DNA of 63,091 nt, filler included, from Choristocarpus tenellus KU-1152 (GCA_964200185.2; 12 parts of 12 records of this genome joined end to end with filler, not necessarily neighbours in it), one strand, 5' to 3'; shown: positions 26,901 to 40,348, counted from the whole stretch's first letter. The notes: generated by a model not told the origin, from the letters alone. Numbers and translations are program-made.

Positions 26901-28326
26901 CGATCCGCTTGGATAATCTGGCGAATGGGGGAGAGCAACATCACGGAGGTAAATCAAATAAACCTGCTTAGAGTTGTAAAAAAAGCGCCACTGGTTAACA
27001 TGTATCAGGCTAGTAACAGAAATCGAGTGTATGTAACAAAAAAAGTTTGTCTTTGGTCTTGTTTTTTATTGCTGCATTCAAAGCAAACACAGTATTATCG
27101 GGACAGTAGCAAGTACGTACGTACAGGGCCGGAAGACCGCGACATGACCTGTCCCTCCACAGCCCGTTGTAGACGACCAGGAAGCAGTCTATCATACAAG
27201 GTGTTTGGGCAACTAATAACAACATTTTTGCGCTGAGTGGGGCTGCTGCTGCTGCCATAAGCACCTGCATCGGAGTCTTCATTCGCAAAAGGCAACAGAT
27301 GTTGTTCCCAATGGAGGGCAATGATGGTAACATGTTGCCACTGTACGCTTGTTGCAAAATTAACTCTGGACACCTACCTCTCGATGTCTGACAGCTCCTT
27401 GTCGATGGACTCGAGGACGGTGGAGTCATTCGTGGGTTTTACACCAGGCACACCGTGCCGCTTCTCTTTTAACGTGACACATATGTCACATTTCATTAAT
27501 TCGCCTCCTACCCTCACCCTGATATTGGGCCTGTCCTCTTTGAGCAATCGGAGGAAGTGCGCCTTGCTTACCCGCTTGGAAGTGTCGTCAGGATACACCT
27601 GTATTGCCTCTTTGCAAAAATCCTTGTATAGCTCCTAATTAATAATGTTGGTTGTGTGGACAAGTGAGGAGTTATTGAGAAGGAACACTCGAAGAACACT
27701 GCTGCAAGATCTCTCGAAGGCGGGCTGACCAATAACTTGACTGAGAACACGGAAGACAGGATCAAGCAAACTTACATCGTGCATTACGAAAGGTCAAATA
27801 CAATGATCTTCGTAAATCTGCCGAGAACGTCATTCTGTTCGGGCCTTGCTGCCGTTTGCAGAAACGGTACAGGAGGCGAATCTACCATCATCATCATCAT
27901 CATCGCAAAGCGCTTTAGACATACGAAGTACACACTTTTACTACCAATGTCAGACCAGGCCCGGGGCCGCAGAGTAGGTGTACACAACGGTGAAATAACA
28001 GTTATTGTGCCTTCCTTCGTAAAAGCGACAAAGAGTATCATCATCATCATTGTAGTCTCGACATTGCAAACGAAAAAATAGCCCTTGGTACGAATCTTCA
28101 CATTTTTTTTAACCATAATCTCAGACCGGTCAAAGTAGTAAAAACCCACCACTCGAAATACTCCTTCGATCCACTTCTTCTACGTACTGCTGGGTCACAC
28201 AGTTTGCAACTAACCCCAACACAGGGTGCGGCCAACCTCTCCACAACCAAGGGCAAAACCTACCTCTTTGTTCGCGGCGTAGATCACAATTGCGGACTTG
28301 TGAGGCATGAACTGCCCGTATGTATC
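23938..28326 (-). mobile_element. Intron-containing Sola-like (DUF7869-type) DDD transposase gene. Exons 28326-28264, 27634-27378, 26917-26754, 26534-26449, 26033-25921, 25669-25529, 25169-24734, 24356-23938. Two apparent 1-nt deletions
   Basis: Spliced motifs in the expected order: GQFMPH..IVIY..NKEELYKDF, SKAHFLRL..EDRPNIRVR, KCDIC, FMSVDAVNQ...LP, GCNLV, HWQVDSCVSEN, FMMVGHTHIKIDQIFSR, NITSYRAFRV, then an acidic tail. All seven introns are GT-AG; phases fit apart from the two frameshifts. Confidence 0.8.
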
Positions 28327-29191
28327 NNNNNNNNNNNNNNNNNNNNNNNNNNNNNNNNNNNNNNNNNNNNTTAATTAATTAANNNNNNNNNNNNNNNNNN
28401 NNNNNNNNNNNNNNNNNNNNNNNNNNGATGGGGGCACCAAAAACGAATGAAAAGGTTATGGGGGGGGGGGAGGCAGGGGGGCGTGGTGAGGGAAGCGAGA
28501 AGCAAATCAAGAACAAGATAGACATAGCTTCTGTTAGAAAACAAACCAACCTCTTAATAGTCGCAATTGTAACAGAAAAACAAAAAAAACATGCATACAC
28601 AAGCGGGTGCTAGACGAAAGGCGACCAATCAAACCCAGGATAACAATTTTACACATCAATTTTTCGACCATGTGTTATAATACATGGAAGGCATGCGGGG
28701 CACACAGATGTGTCAGAACGCATGAAAATGACCACAATCACCCCCCCAGACTAAACAAGAGCACTTTCTTTTTAAGTGTACAAAAAAAAAAAGGCACTCA
28801 CTCACTCACACCACCCCACTTCACTCCCACAGGATCAGTTATTTATTGGAAGTTCTGTGAGAAAAAGTAATTAAAATTAGAAAAGTAGAAAAAAAAAATA
28901 GAATTGTCAACTGCTACAAAAAAAAAAGTCGTCAAATGGGACAACCCTCCCCCACCCACCCCTTCACCAAACCTCATCCTCACCACANNNNNNNNNNAAA
29001 AAAAAAAAAAAAAAAAAAGACTTGGAAAAACTAAAAAAAAAAAAAGCTGTCAAAAAGGACACCCCCCCCCCCCCCCCCCCCGCCCCTCACCCTACTCTGT
29101 TCAACCCCATAATAGAGACTTCCTCTTTTTACTTGAATATTCGAACAGGTTCATCAACATCATATTTTTTTTATATGCGTTGTGCACTCAC

Positions 29192-29493
29192 ACTAGTTGG
29201 ATCTTCTGCAATTTCCTCCAGAGCACCAAAGATGGACCCTGCAGTAACAGTGATGTAGATGTTGGCAATCTGAACCACACCACAAATAAAAAGGCGCATG
29301 TAGTGTGTACAGAACAGAGTCAGGGGCAAGTAGTATTAGTAGTAGCAGTAGCACTAGTAATAGTTGTAATAGCAGCAGTAGTGGTAGTAGTAGTAGTAGT
29401 AGTAGTTGTAGTAGTAGTAGTAGTAACAATAGCAGTAGTAGTAGCAGTAGTAGTAGCAGTAGTAGTAATAGCAGCAGTAGTAATAGCAGTAGC

Positions 29494-29528
<35 letters not shown>

Positions 29529-29568
29529 CAATAGCAGTAGCAGTAATAGCAGTAGCAATAGTAATAGC

Positions 29569-29602
<34 letters not shown>

Positions 29603-30344
29603 ATAGCAATCGGAGGCAGCAAGAGGGTGGCAGGTGGCAGCAGCCAACAGAGACTCCTACTACACCACTGGAAAAAAAACCATCCGGACCTGTATCTTGT
29701 AGTCAGGTTTCCACTGGTCCCCTAGGGGAGAGGATCAGGTCCGTCATATCAAACAAACACTTCCTCTTGTCTAGTGTCTTCCAGAGCGCCATACCCCAAC
29801 AAACCCACCTCCTCTCTGCTGCCAATTGTGATGCGCACCAACCCTATCCGGAGTAACTCACACTTCAGGAAAATTTAACCGTGACTTCTCACACAGACTG
29901 TTTGTTTATTGGTGGGGCTACTTCATACCAGGAACAAAAAAACATAGTAAAAACGTAAACAACATACTATCCAATCAACAACAAGATTGGAGCACGCCTC
30001 CAGCACATTCACTACAGGTGCACAGGCTTCTCAATTCTAAGAGGGCTCCTCCACACACACACACACACCATCCACCACCCCTTCCCAATTATCATAGTCC
30101 CCAAACCTGGTAAATGAAGAACCGTGTAAGAACCCTCTCCTGTACCTCACTCTTGGACTTGCAACCCTCGTACCTCTCCGCCACAATCTATTATTTGACA
30201 ACAAAAAAAGTAGAAAAAGAGCCAGTGCAAAGAGTAGAGACACAACCAGTTTCGAAAAGAGGGAAACATGAATGAGTTTTGTTTTTGTGTGTGTGGGCGC
30301 GCGCAGGGGGGGGGGGGGGNNNNNNNNNNGAAAAAGGAGGAGGT

Positions 30345-30380
<36 letters not shown>

Positions 30381-30917
30381 GGGAATTCATTTGCAGTGAC
30401 TTTGAACTACTCTGTTGAATGTGTTGTTAGTTCAATGCACAGAAAGAACTATCAATATTGTTGAACAATAAACACCTTCATAAACAGGAAACCACTCACA
30501 ATCCACTTAATAAAAATATATATGTAAGAGCCCCAAAGCGTATCACATTGAACAAACAAACAAAAAAGTTAGACAGTCTTGCAAGGACACAATGAGAACG
30601 TTCTGTGCACACATACAGTACACCATCTCCAAACCCTAATCTTAACCATCACACAAAAAATAGGAAGAGTAGTAACCAGTAAATAAATAACACACAAAAA
30701 ATAGGAAGAGGGTAGTAACTGCTCAGGGAAGGACAAGAAAGCTCCAGAGACACATTTACTTCCAAAATTGATATGGGGAGGGGGGGCCAAAACCTAATGC
30801 TTTCTCAACCTTTCTAAGTCGCATACCATGCTCTTACGCTCTTTTGAAGAAATAAATTAAAACTTCAAAAAAAAAACTTTCTAAACTCGCAAGAGCACAA
30901 GCACTACTGTCACACCA

Positions 30918-30951
<34 letters not shown>

Positions 30952-31052
30952 CAAACTCACGTAAAAACAAAAAAAAAAAAAAAAAATTAAAACTTCAAAA
31001 AAAAAACTTTCTAAACTCGCAAGAGCACAAGCACTACTGTCACACCATCTTA

Positions 31053-31083
<31 letters not shown>

Positions 31084-31730
31084 CTCACGTACACACACAC
31101 AAATCTGAATACAAGGTTAGTGTACGCACCACGATAAGAAAGACCTCATCTTAAATAGTAAAAAAAAAAAACATTAAACTTTAAAGATGTGAAACACAAT
31201 CAATGCACGTGGATGTGCACCCTCCTCCTTGTCATGGGGGGAAAATAAGCAAAATCTGAATGTCCCTGATAGAACTTACAACAAAAAACATGAATTCACA
31301 AAAAAGAAAAAAAAGTGGAACGTATCTACTATTGGTATTCGCAGAAATATACAGCAATACAACAAAGAAGAACAAAACAACAGCATTTAACTGAAACATA
31401 GCTTTCGATCATCGATATTCCAATAGTGGTTCTATTCTTGGGGAATAGAACATCATAGAGATCACTCTGCGCACCCTCCCAACAACACCTTCACACTACC
31501 TGGCCAGGAGACTTAAGAATCCTTGCACCCCCCTGACCTCTACAACAACAAAAAGCCTTCACAGGCTGTACCAACACACAAAGAGCCTTCCGTTTACACT
31601 CGTACACCCTAACCCTAACCCTAACCCTAACCCTTAACTGCGGTACAAGTCATTCAAAAGATCCACCCCTCAATCACTCCAGGGCACCTCAAGCACAACA
31701 CCAGCCAAGTCCAACCTCCCTACCCTCTAT

Positions 31731-31775
<45 letters not shown>

Positions 31776-32034
31776 CCCCTAATACACCAACCCCATAACA
31801 CAAAAAAAAACAAAAACAAAANNNNNNNNNNCTTCCCCTCTCCGGGCCCCCCAAACACAAACCCCCCCCACTCCACCCCCCCCCCCCCCCTTTCCCCCCC
31901 CCCCCCCCCTCTCTCTCTCCCCGTCTGTCTATGTGTACAATAATCTAATCACCTGGAAGACAAAAGGCAACAATGTGATGAGACCCAGCAGCACCAGGAC
32001 CGACAGGTACCCATTGAGCAGACTATACAGCACA
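29192..32034 (-). CDS. OSCA/TMEM63 (CSC1-like) mechanosensitive channel, three internal exons: 32034-31953, 30187-30107, 29269-29192
   Basis: Spliced peptide VLYSLLNGYLSVLVLLGLITLLPFVFQ / IVAERYEGCKSKSEVQERVLTRFFIYQ / IANIYITVTAGSIFGALEEIAEDPTS fits the RSN1_7TM region pattern (GYLP...LP, EG..S.S.V....R.F..Q, GS....L..I...P); canonical splice sites. Confidence 0.85.
29329..29608. repeat. Compound (TAG/CAG/TAA)n trinucleotide microsatellite in an OSCA intron
   Basis: Read directly; explains the poly-S/V/L/T/Y ORFs in the track. Confidence 0.95.
30853..31091. repeat. ~130-bp tandem duplication with A-tracts
   Basis: AAATTAAAACTTC...CTCGCAAGAGCACAAGCACTACTGTCACACCATCTT...ACTCACGTA occurs twice. 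Confidence 0.85.
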
Positions 32035-33782
32035 CTGTTGTTCACACCACCATCATCATATATCAACAAAATGTTTTATTGACATCCGGAGAACAGGATA
32101 TACAGAGATTACAATTAGCAAAAGGGGGGAGCAAAAAGTTGCAGGGGGAGGGGGGGGGGGGGGTTATGCACACACTCTATTGGCTCAATGTGACTTACTT
32201 CTTACTTAATGCTCTTACTCAAATTACTTGGATATCATCCTAAAATACCCTACCCCCCACTATCAGCCCGCAAAAATTTTAGTTGATATAAATCTCTGAT
32301 TTTGGTTAAACTTGGTTAAAATCGGCAGGCTGTGAAATCTTGACCTACGATTACCTACCTGGTTCGATTAAGAATAATGCAGGTATTTGAGGAGGGTCCA
32401 TGGATAAGAGACGAGGGGGTCGAGGTCGGGATCATGGGCTATCATGTGCAACATCAGTTCTGAGTTCATTTTAAAGTGTGTTTGGCAGAGGGTCAAAGTA
32501 TCTTGGGGGGNNNNNNNNNNNNNNNNNNNNNNNNNNNNNNNNNNNNNNNNNNNNTTAATTAATTAANNNNNNNNNNNNNNNNNNNNNNNNNNNNNNNNNN
32601 NNNNNNNNNNGGGTGGGGATGGGGACAGGGGAAAAAGACCAGGTAAAAGGCGCGATTTTTGAGAGAAGGGGGAGGGGGGGGGGGGGCATGTGACAGAGTT
32701 GGGTGTCGGTAGAAGTAATTGGGTTGAGATACTGATTGAGGAGATAATTTAAAGATGTGGAAAGAGTCCCATGTGAGAGCTGTGCATCGGGATTCTTAAT
32801 CCCTAACCCTAACCCGATTTCAGTGCGCACACAAGTAAATGTAGATTCATAGGGTGAGGAAGGACAAACACAGGTGATTGTAATTTTGAAGATTCATTCA
32901 TATTTTGAATGGGTGTGACATGCATTACAGCTAGGTTGATTACAGTCTAGTTTTGAAGCGGTGGATATCGCAGATGGTGAAACTGTCATTACAGTGGTTG
33001 AGAGGTGCCTTTTTGTTAGCATGCCATACTCCTGTACACCCCGCTGTACCTTTTAAGTAGCAAGTAGTTAGTTTAAGAAGTTGGATTTCAGTCTGAACTA
33101 TTGGGCAGTTAGTTCTAGCTGTACTCATATTACTCACCCACTTCTGTGTGTTGAGTATTTAGGGGATGGAAACACCTTCCTGTAGTCTGTAGAGCAGAGT
33201 GTACTGGAAGGGGTTGTGCCTCATGCATCACATTGCCAGTGCCTAGAGCTAGGTCTATTTATATTTAGTTCCACTCACATTTCAATACATATACTATATT
33301 TCGTGTTGAACCAATTGTTTTTTCTTACAAGTGGTGGAATTACTCTTACGAAGGCTTCAATTGCCACTTTCATAGTAGCAAATACTGTGAACTGTTCCTT
33401 GTAAAACGCAACATAATCTATCTGCCCAACTGTCTTGTCCTCCTGTATGTTGCCACTACTACCTCTCGTTCTCTTACTTACGCTCACAACAACCATGCAA
33501 GGCGTGTAATATATAGACCTTTTGTCTACAGGTGGCACTGGCTCTCTTTACTTGTTACTACTGACGCATTCTAGTGCATGTCCTCATGCCAATTGTGTGC
33601 TTGACTGTGGTGGGCTGTTGCTGCCTCTTGAAACAGGGAATCCTACCTTCAGTCAGCTTTATCTCATCGCGTGCACCGGCTCTCAGTGTCATGTGTCTGC
33701 TTCCTCCGCGTTTTTTGTTGTAACAATTTTATATGAGTCAGTGTTCTACAACTACAGGTTTGTTTTTGTGTAGCTATCTTAC

Positions 33783-33965
33783 GACCCAAAGTATCTGTGG
33801 GGGGGGGGGGATCTACACCAGGGTGGGTGTCCATTTGAACCAATATCAGGAAAAGTCTATCTACCTCATCCATCTGACGTGTGCAACCAAATCACCCAAA
33901 AAATCGCGACATGAAAAAATCGACCCCAAATGGACAGCCACCATCACCCCCAGATACTTTAAGCC
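33783..33965 (-). mobile_element. MITE family B (~185 bp), full-length
   Basis: GACCCAAAGTATCTG(G)n...CCCCAGATACTTTAAGCC; homologous to the copies at 44241, 52288 and 54864. Confidence 0.85.
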
Positions 33966-36519
33966 ACTGTGTGCAGAATGCCAAGTACCACATGCTGAAG
34001 AAGACAGAAGCACATTGGTTGCTAAGTGCCCAGAGACAAGTAGCTCAAAGAGGTACAAACAGAAACAACAGGAAGCAAAGCCATGCACAGTGAGTGGAAT
34101 CTGAAGACACTAGTGTTGATTCTCCGTCCCCCGAGGACTTAGGACCAAGGTCACACGTCTCTCTTCTCCGCCTTTTGCACTCATGCTGTGAGCGGTCTGC
34201 GCCTCTCTTTTTCAATGAATGCTTAGTTCAGCCACTTCCCACCCATTCATGGTAGGTAGTTCATCGACCCTTGTCTCTTTTATTGTATGCATATAATTAC
34301 TCTGTTTCAATCAAGTATTGCACCAGAACAGGAATACAAGTTCAACACATAGACACCATCCTACTTACTTGGGCAGAGTGCTGATCATGCATCTCTATGT
34401 GTATATGGTGTGCAGAAGATAAATGATTAGTAGCACTTCAAGGTGTGTATCATACATGCATACCATCCATTCATATAACATCAGTGACACTCGTTGGTTA
34501 TTTTGAACAGATACATACAAGGTTCAGAAGATCGCATAACTTGCTTTTATGATGCAAAATAAGAACAATTACACAGTAATTATTTTTGACCTTGGCAGAC
34601 GCTTTTGGGAGGGGGGAAAAGTAGGTCTAGAAATTGGTAACAATAATGAACGCCCATAAAATGCAGAGTAAGGCCCCCTAAGGGGGTATATCGGGCCATT
34701 GCCACTACTGGAAAACATCATGTATGACGTCTCTTTTCGCGGAGCAGAGTATATCCATATCCATACACCACAACTTACACAAAAACGTATGTGCGTACAA
34801 CCTCTTTGGCAGTTACAAATCAGTTGAGATAAGTTTCTACACAACTACATGATGGATCACCAGTCCAACTTTCACAAAAACGTGGGGATGTGCCATGAAC
34901 AGCGCCAAAATATTCTCACACAGATCCTCTTTGGCAGTTACAAAACTGTGAAGATATATTTCTAAGCATAAATTGGTTTTACAGATTCAGTTGTTACGAT
35001 TCACAACAATAATAGCAAGTTTTCCCTGAACATCTATAAAATAACAGGGGGCATAATAATATATGCTTCAACGTAGTGAGTAATTGAACTGGAACAGAGT
35101 AGTGCACTCCCTCAGCGCTTGAAGTCTCACGAACTTCCTTACCGAGTACAGTGAAAGATTTAAGTTTCACACTCATCCGCCAAACCTTACCACTCAAAAC
35201 ACTCCACTGCATAATTAGAAATATCATTATCACATTTCCAATTGGTACTTGCTTCCAGTATCGATCTACCTATGGACGCATGATTCAAGTTTAAGGATTT
35301 GTCTGATTTGGATGAGCTCCACGCATGCTTGAGTTGATCATAATCCACAATGTATTAAGACAAGAAGAATGTCTCTAGTATACAGTATACTCAAAAGGAA
35401 AGTGTGTTAAGTTAACTGAATGCATTTGTTTGTATGCGCATGTACAGAGGATGAGGTTCAGAAACAAACACAAAGATAATTGTGAAAAACTAATAAAATG
35501 CAATGATGTAGCACCACCATGAAGTACATTAAATTACACAAATGAACAATTGTAAGTGGCATGGCCCAATTCTGGCTTGATGCACCCTCCAAGCTCCATG
35601 GTCGGCACTAAAGGGGTGAGATCCAAAACATCCTTATATAACACCTCTGTGTAGCAAGAACACACTGTAGTTTTTATCATTATCAGGGTAGAGACAAAAC
35701 CATGTCTCCTTCCTCCTCCTTACAGCCACTAGCACGTATTGATGTCCTTACATGCATGTTGGCAATGAGTTCTGCCTGTTACACACCCTATTCAAGATGG
35801 ACAATAAAGAGCACGTCCATACACATTTGCACAGATGCTCACAACCACATAAAGGGTACAAATGAAGTGAAAACAAAATTATATTGGCAATCAACCACTG
35901 GCACCACTCCCTAGGCCAGACACCTTAAAAATAAGCAAGCTAACAGATGTGAAACACAAATTGCATGACGTTGTCCCAATACACACACCCTTTACTTGAA
36001 CTACAGAGTACCAGTACGCAAAAGATATTTCATACTTGGGTACCCACCCAAAGAGATTAGGATATAGTCCCAGACTACAGACTGGTCACAGGGAATTACA
36101 ATGCTTCCCATTGCCTGTAAGAGAAAATTCTACAATTCTGATGCTACTTGAACATCAAAACCTCCTCAAATTGATGACATTATCCAAATCCTCTTCCAAC
36201 CAAAATGAGTACTTCACAGAATGAGAGCAAGAAAAGACACCACTGTTTATTCAGGTAGTACCACTGAACCTCCACACCAGCAACACACCAAGAGCGAGGA
36301 CCTTAAGAAGCCAAACATTTGTTAGATCTCCACACTACCTTCAGCTACCTACATACCTCCCCTTCCTCCAACAAACAAAAACCCCTTCTTGATGCAAAAA
36401 GAATATGAAATTCCCCCAGTGATGTGTCCTTCCTGCAGCATGCAACTCCTTCCTACCTACAACTGGGGTACTCGTCCACTTCTTAACACTAGATTAACAC
36501 ACCCTCTCAGAATGCACCC

Positions 36520-38914
36520 TCAGAATGGGTTAGAACTACTGGCAGGGGCAGCTCGCTTTGACGGAGGAATAAGGTCAGGCGGAAGGACCGGTGGGGGAGG
36601 ATTACCAGCAGCTGATTTCTTCGACAAGAACCATGCAAGTGCAAACTGTTGAGAAGTAAGGTGGGATATACCGATTGCAGCGAGGAATGAGTCAAGGGAA
36701 AAGAAGGGAGGGGGCAAGGTGGTTTGAGGATTAGTTTAACCAGCGATCAGCACAGAGGGCTTCATGATGCACATTAGGGGTAGAATAAGCGAGAACAGGG
36801 CATTCCATGCACTTTTAGTTTGGCCCTAAGTGCGTATTGTAGGGATCATGTTTTAGGGTGGTAGGCTCTTGAGAATGCACAATAGTGACCGTTCCCAGGT
36901 CAGAAAGTGGGCGACAGTGCTCGAAGGGGTGTCTATTTTATGTACACTAGGGGGGTCACTACTAATGAAGGAGCACCAGAAGGGTTTGATAATATCAACT
37001 ATGTCAACGCCTTTTTGCAGATCAAAATAAATCTACTACACCTGCAACAGAAGCAAAAAATGTTTCCTTGTTAAAATAAACCATATCTACACAGTGTCCT
37101 TTATCATGCCTTCATGTCCTTGTCACAGCATCACTCCCTCACCCTCCTCCCATTCCCCTTTTCACTATATTCCTTCCTCCCCCACTTCTCTTCACTGAAA
37201 TCAACATTCCTTATCCCCCGTTCCCAGCAGGGCACTGAAAACTAACCTCATCCCTGTCCAGGAAACCATCCTTGTCAATATCTGAAAGCTCCCATATTCG
37301 TCGCAGGTCAGCCTCACCAGCCCCAGTTGCCAACAGTGCCTGCTTTGCCCCCTGCGGTGAAAGACGCCCAAGACTATCTGGCCCATGTACAGCCATCTGC
37401 GTATCGCTCTCTTCCATACTTTCCAAGCTGACACCCCATGATGCCTCTGCAACCTTGACTGAGGGGATGAAAGGGGTTGTTGACACAGCTTCTGCTTGAG
37501 AGACTGCTGTGGCAGTATGGTGCAGGGCTGGCTCTACCACTGGAAGAGCGACAGCAGTGGCCTGAGCATTATCATTGGCTGTTGTAGCACCCGCAACTGG
37601 TGGATAATGGGCTGTTGTTTCAAGGAAGTCATAGATGGGCGCACGAAGAACAGGTGAGCCTTGGGCAGAGTTGATAAGTCCCTGCAGCCATGCCTGGAGC
37701 ATACACCTGGTATTGTGATTCAAAATGAACAGTCAGGGGGTTGAGGGGGCACTGGGAGGCTCTGTGATGCATGGTCCCGCACTTGGGGTTATGCCGAGAA
37801 TATTCATGATGATGAATTTCAGTCTCTGCCATACTTCTCACAATGAAAAGGCTTAAACGTTAGCCAGCCACTTCCAACAAAGGTACACCATACATGAAGT
37901 AAGTATAGTAAAGATAAAGAAAGTACTGTGCTCCCTGATATCAACTACTGTAAAGAACCATTGCAATGTCTATAAGGTACTGCGTGTAGAGGTCAACTTT
38001 CCCACCCCCAAGAATACACACATTGCATGGTCTTCTCACCTTCGCTCCTCAAGTTCTGCTTCACGTAGTCCCATGGTCGAACTCTTTAAACCTTGCTTAG
38101 GGGCAAAGGGGTGTGAGCTGGCACGATGCAGATGAGCCACACGCCCTCGCAGGTTGTCAAACTGGGAGTACCTTTTCTTGACGACATAGACCACCCCATC
38201 GTTTGTTGTCACCTATGGTGGTAGGAGAGGTAAAGGATGGAGTTGAGAAGATGAAAGACCCTAGTGGCATTGATGAGGACTACGAGCATGTCCACATGAT
38301 GATTCTTGTTCACTCCTACAACCAAGTTTGCTTTGCCCTATGAGACACTCTCTGCTCTATACTACAACTTTGCAAGGTGGAGAGAGTGATCTTGAAGAAC
38401 AAGAGCTCAAACAAAACAATAGCATAGTCAACTCTTTGCTAGGTAGTTGCAAAGGCTTCAGCACTATCAGGAAACATATTTCTCCCATCCCGAACACAGT
38501 ATAGCTCTGTCAGAAAAGTGTAAAGCAGCACTGGACGCGTCAATATCTCACCTGGATAGGATAAAACACCACTCCGTCCTGTCCCATCTCGAACGCGGAG
38601 AGCGCCACCCGCTTAAGGATAAACGGAGTTTCCTGAATCAAGACCACTCTTGGCTGGCCCCTTTCCAAGACAATTATGTGTCCAGGCGGGGGTGGGTTAC
38701 GGCGGGGCGGGGGTGGTGGTCGTCGTGTGACGGCAGCCACAGTCGCGCCAGCAGCAAGTCCGGCCACAAAACCTCCCAACCCACCACCACGTGGGGGCCC
38801 ACGAAAGGGCGCGGGCGCGGGTCTAGGCGCAGGTGGTCCAGGTCTAGGTCCAGGTGGTCCTCGTCTTCCTGGTCCAGGCATCTGATCAGCGGGGGTCATG
38901 GGCGGGGCTAGCAT
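36520..38914 (-). CDS. Complete ~373-aa protein: Pro/Gly-rich N-terminus, PX domain, EH domain, C-terminal NPF. Exons 38914-38552, 38212-38040, 37706-37247, 36645-36520
   Basis: PX: VFYPIQVTT..VYVVKKRYSQFDNLR...PFAPKQ...LEERRCMLQAWLQGL...IYDFL. EH: GRLSPQGAKQALLATG...[27 protein letters not shown]...PPVLPPDLIPPSKR. Ends SSNPF*. Splice phases are consistent; the start ATG could be 38914, 38899 or 38881. Confidence 0.88.
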
Positions 38915-39856
38915 TTTAATCACTACGTGCAATAATGTCATTACTGAAAAACGGGATGCCTTGATAGTGAACGAAGTCAACTGCATTATTATTATCGATC
39001 TTCACAACTTCTTGTGATGAGATCTGGAACTACAATACACGAGCGAGGTATCAATAAATTTTGAATCGCATTACAGTATCACCTCGTGAACTTTTCGACT
39101 TCGTTTTATAGCAAAGCAGAGACAAGGTTTAGCAAAGAACGTGTAGTATCGCTATAGACGAGCCTCTATTAATATACGCAGCTGAATGAAGAACATTCCC
39201 CCCCTCAATGTCCCCATCTATCCATGGGGGGCTCCAGGATTCCTACATTGCAATCAGGAAGTCAGGAAATGTCAACAGTCACTACGGTGCCATGGACCAG
39301 CTGCATTTTTACATCTTCAACACTTGAATGGTATATCCATACATTCACATAGGCATCGTCGCCGTATCAGCGTTCCTTGTGGGCTCAAAAGTAACATATA
39401 CTGGCTCAGAGTTCCAAACCTCCTAATCTTATCCTTCCCCCACATTCTACTTTAGCACCAAACACACCGCACACTCACCGTCTTATTCGATTTGTGGCCT
39501 CCTCTCTTTATGTTTTGTGGAGCAGGTAAAGGGCAAATGTTGGGGTATCTCTCCTCAGTCGTGTGTTCCAAGGTTTTGTCTCCAACTTGATAGTTGATAG
39601 TGTCTCTTTTATTATATATATTAACTACACAATATACTGGTCAAATATAATAATATATTGATGATACCGTAAATTCCCCTTCTCAGCATGTTCTTCAATT
39701 CTCTCTTTGATGTTCCATACAAGTTTCCATCACCCAATTTTTTAATTTTTTGTTTCTCGAACAATTTTACTTAAGGTGACTGAAATGAACATACTTCAAT
39801 ATCTGATTAGTGGTTTCCACACTTACAAGGTTAGGGTTAGGATATTATATTCTTAT

Positions 39857-40232
39857 GTTTAGGACATTTTATATACACATGTATATAGTTTTCATTGGTT
39901 TCCCCCTGACACATCTGCAAAATGTCAGAGGGCATAATAATAAAATATTATATTTCTTTAGAGCTAATAACGACATATATTTATATTATTATGCCCTCTG
40001 ACATTTTAACGACATATATAGTTTTCATTGGTTTCCCCCCTGACACATCAGCAAAATGTCAGAGGGCATAATAATAAAATATAATAAATAGTAGGGTAGT
40101 ACTCGTCTGACTTCTACAGAACATCCAACACATAAAATATTATATTATTATGACCTCTGACATTTTGGATGTGCCAGGAGAAAAACTTATGAAAACTATT
40201 TACATAATTTACATATCTGAAAAATCCCTAAA
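39857..40232. repeat. AT-rich foldback with internally duplicated hairpin units
   Basis: AAAATGTCAGAGGGCATAATAATA forward at about 39918 and 40053, and reverse-complemented at about 39983 and 40142. Confidence 0.75.
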
Positions 40233-40348
40233 GTAACAATTGTCACAAAAGTGAAAAACGTTAATTTCCTATCTTACTACTAAATATCTATGTTGTACTA
40301 CCGCCTTCCTATGTCTCAAAACCTATTCCTGTACCCCAGCCTGAGGAG

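Noticed and set aside
28904-29856. Long poly-Ser/Val/Leu/Thr/Tyr ORFs
   Set aside because: These are translations of an intronic trinucleotide microsatellite; only the 29269-29192 OSCA exon is coding here.
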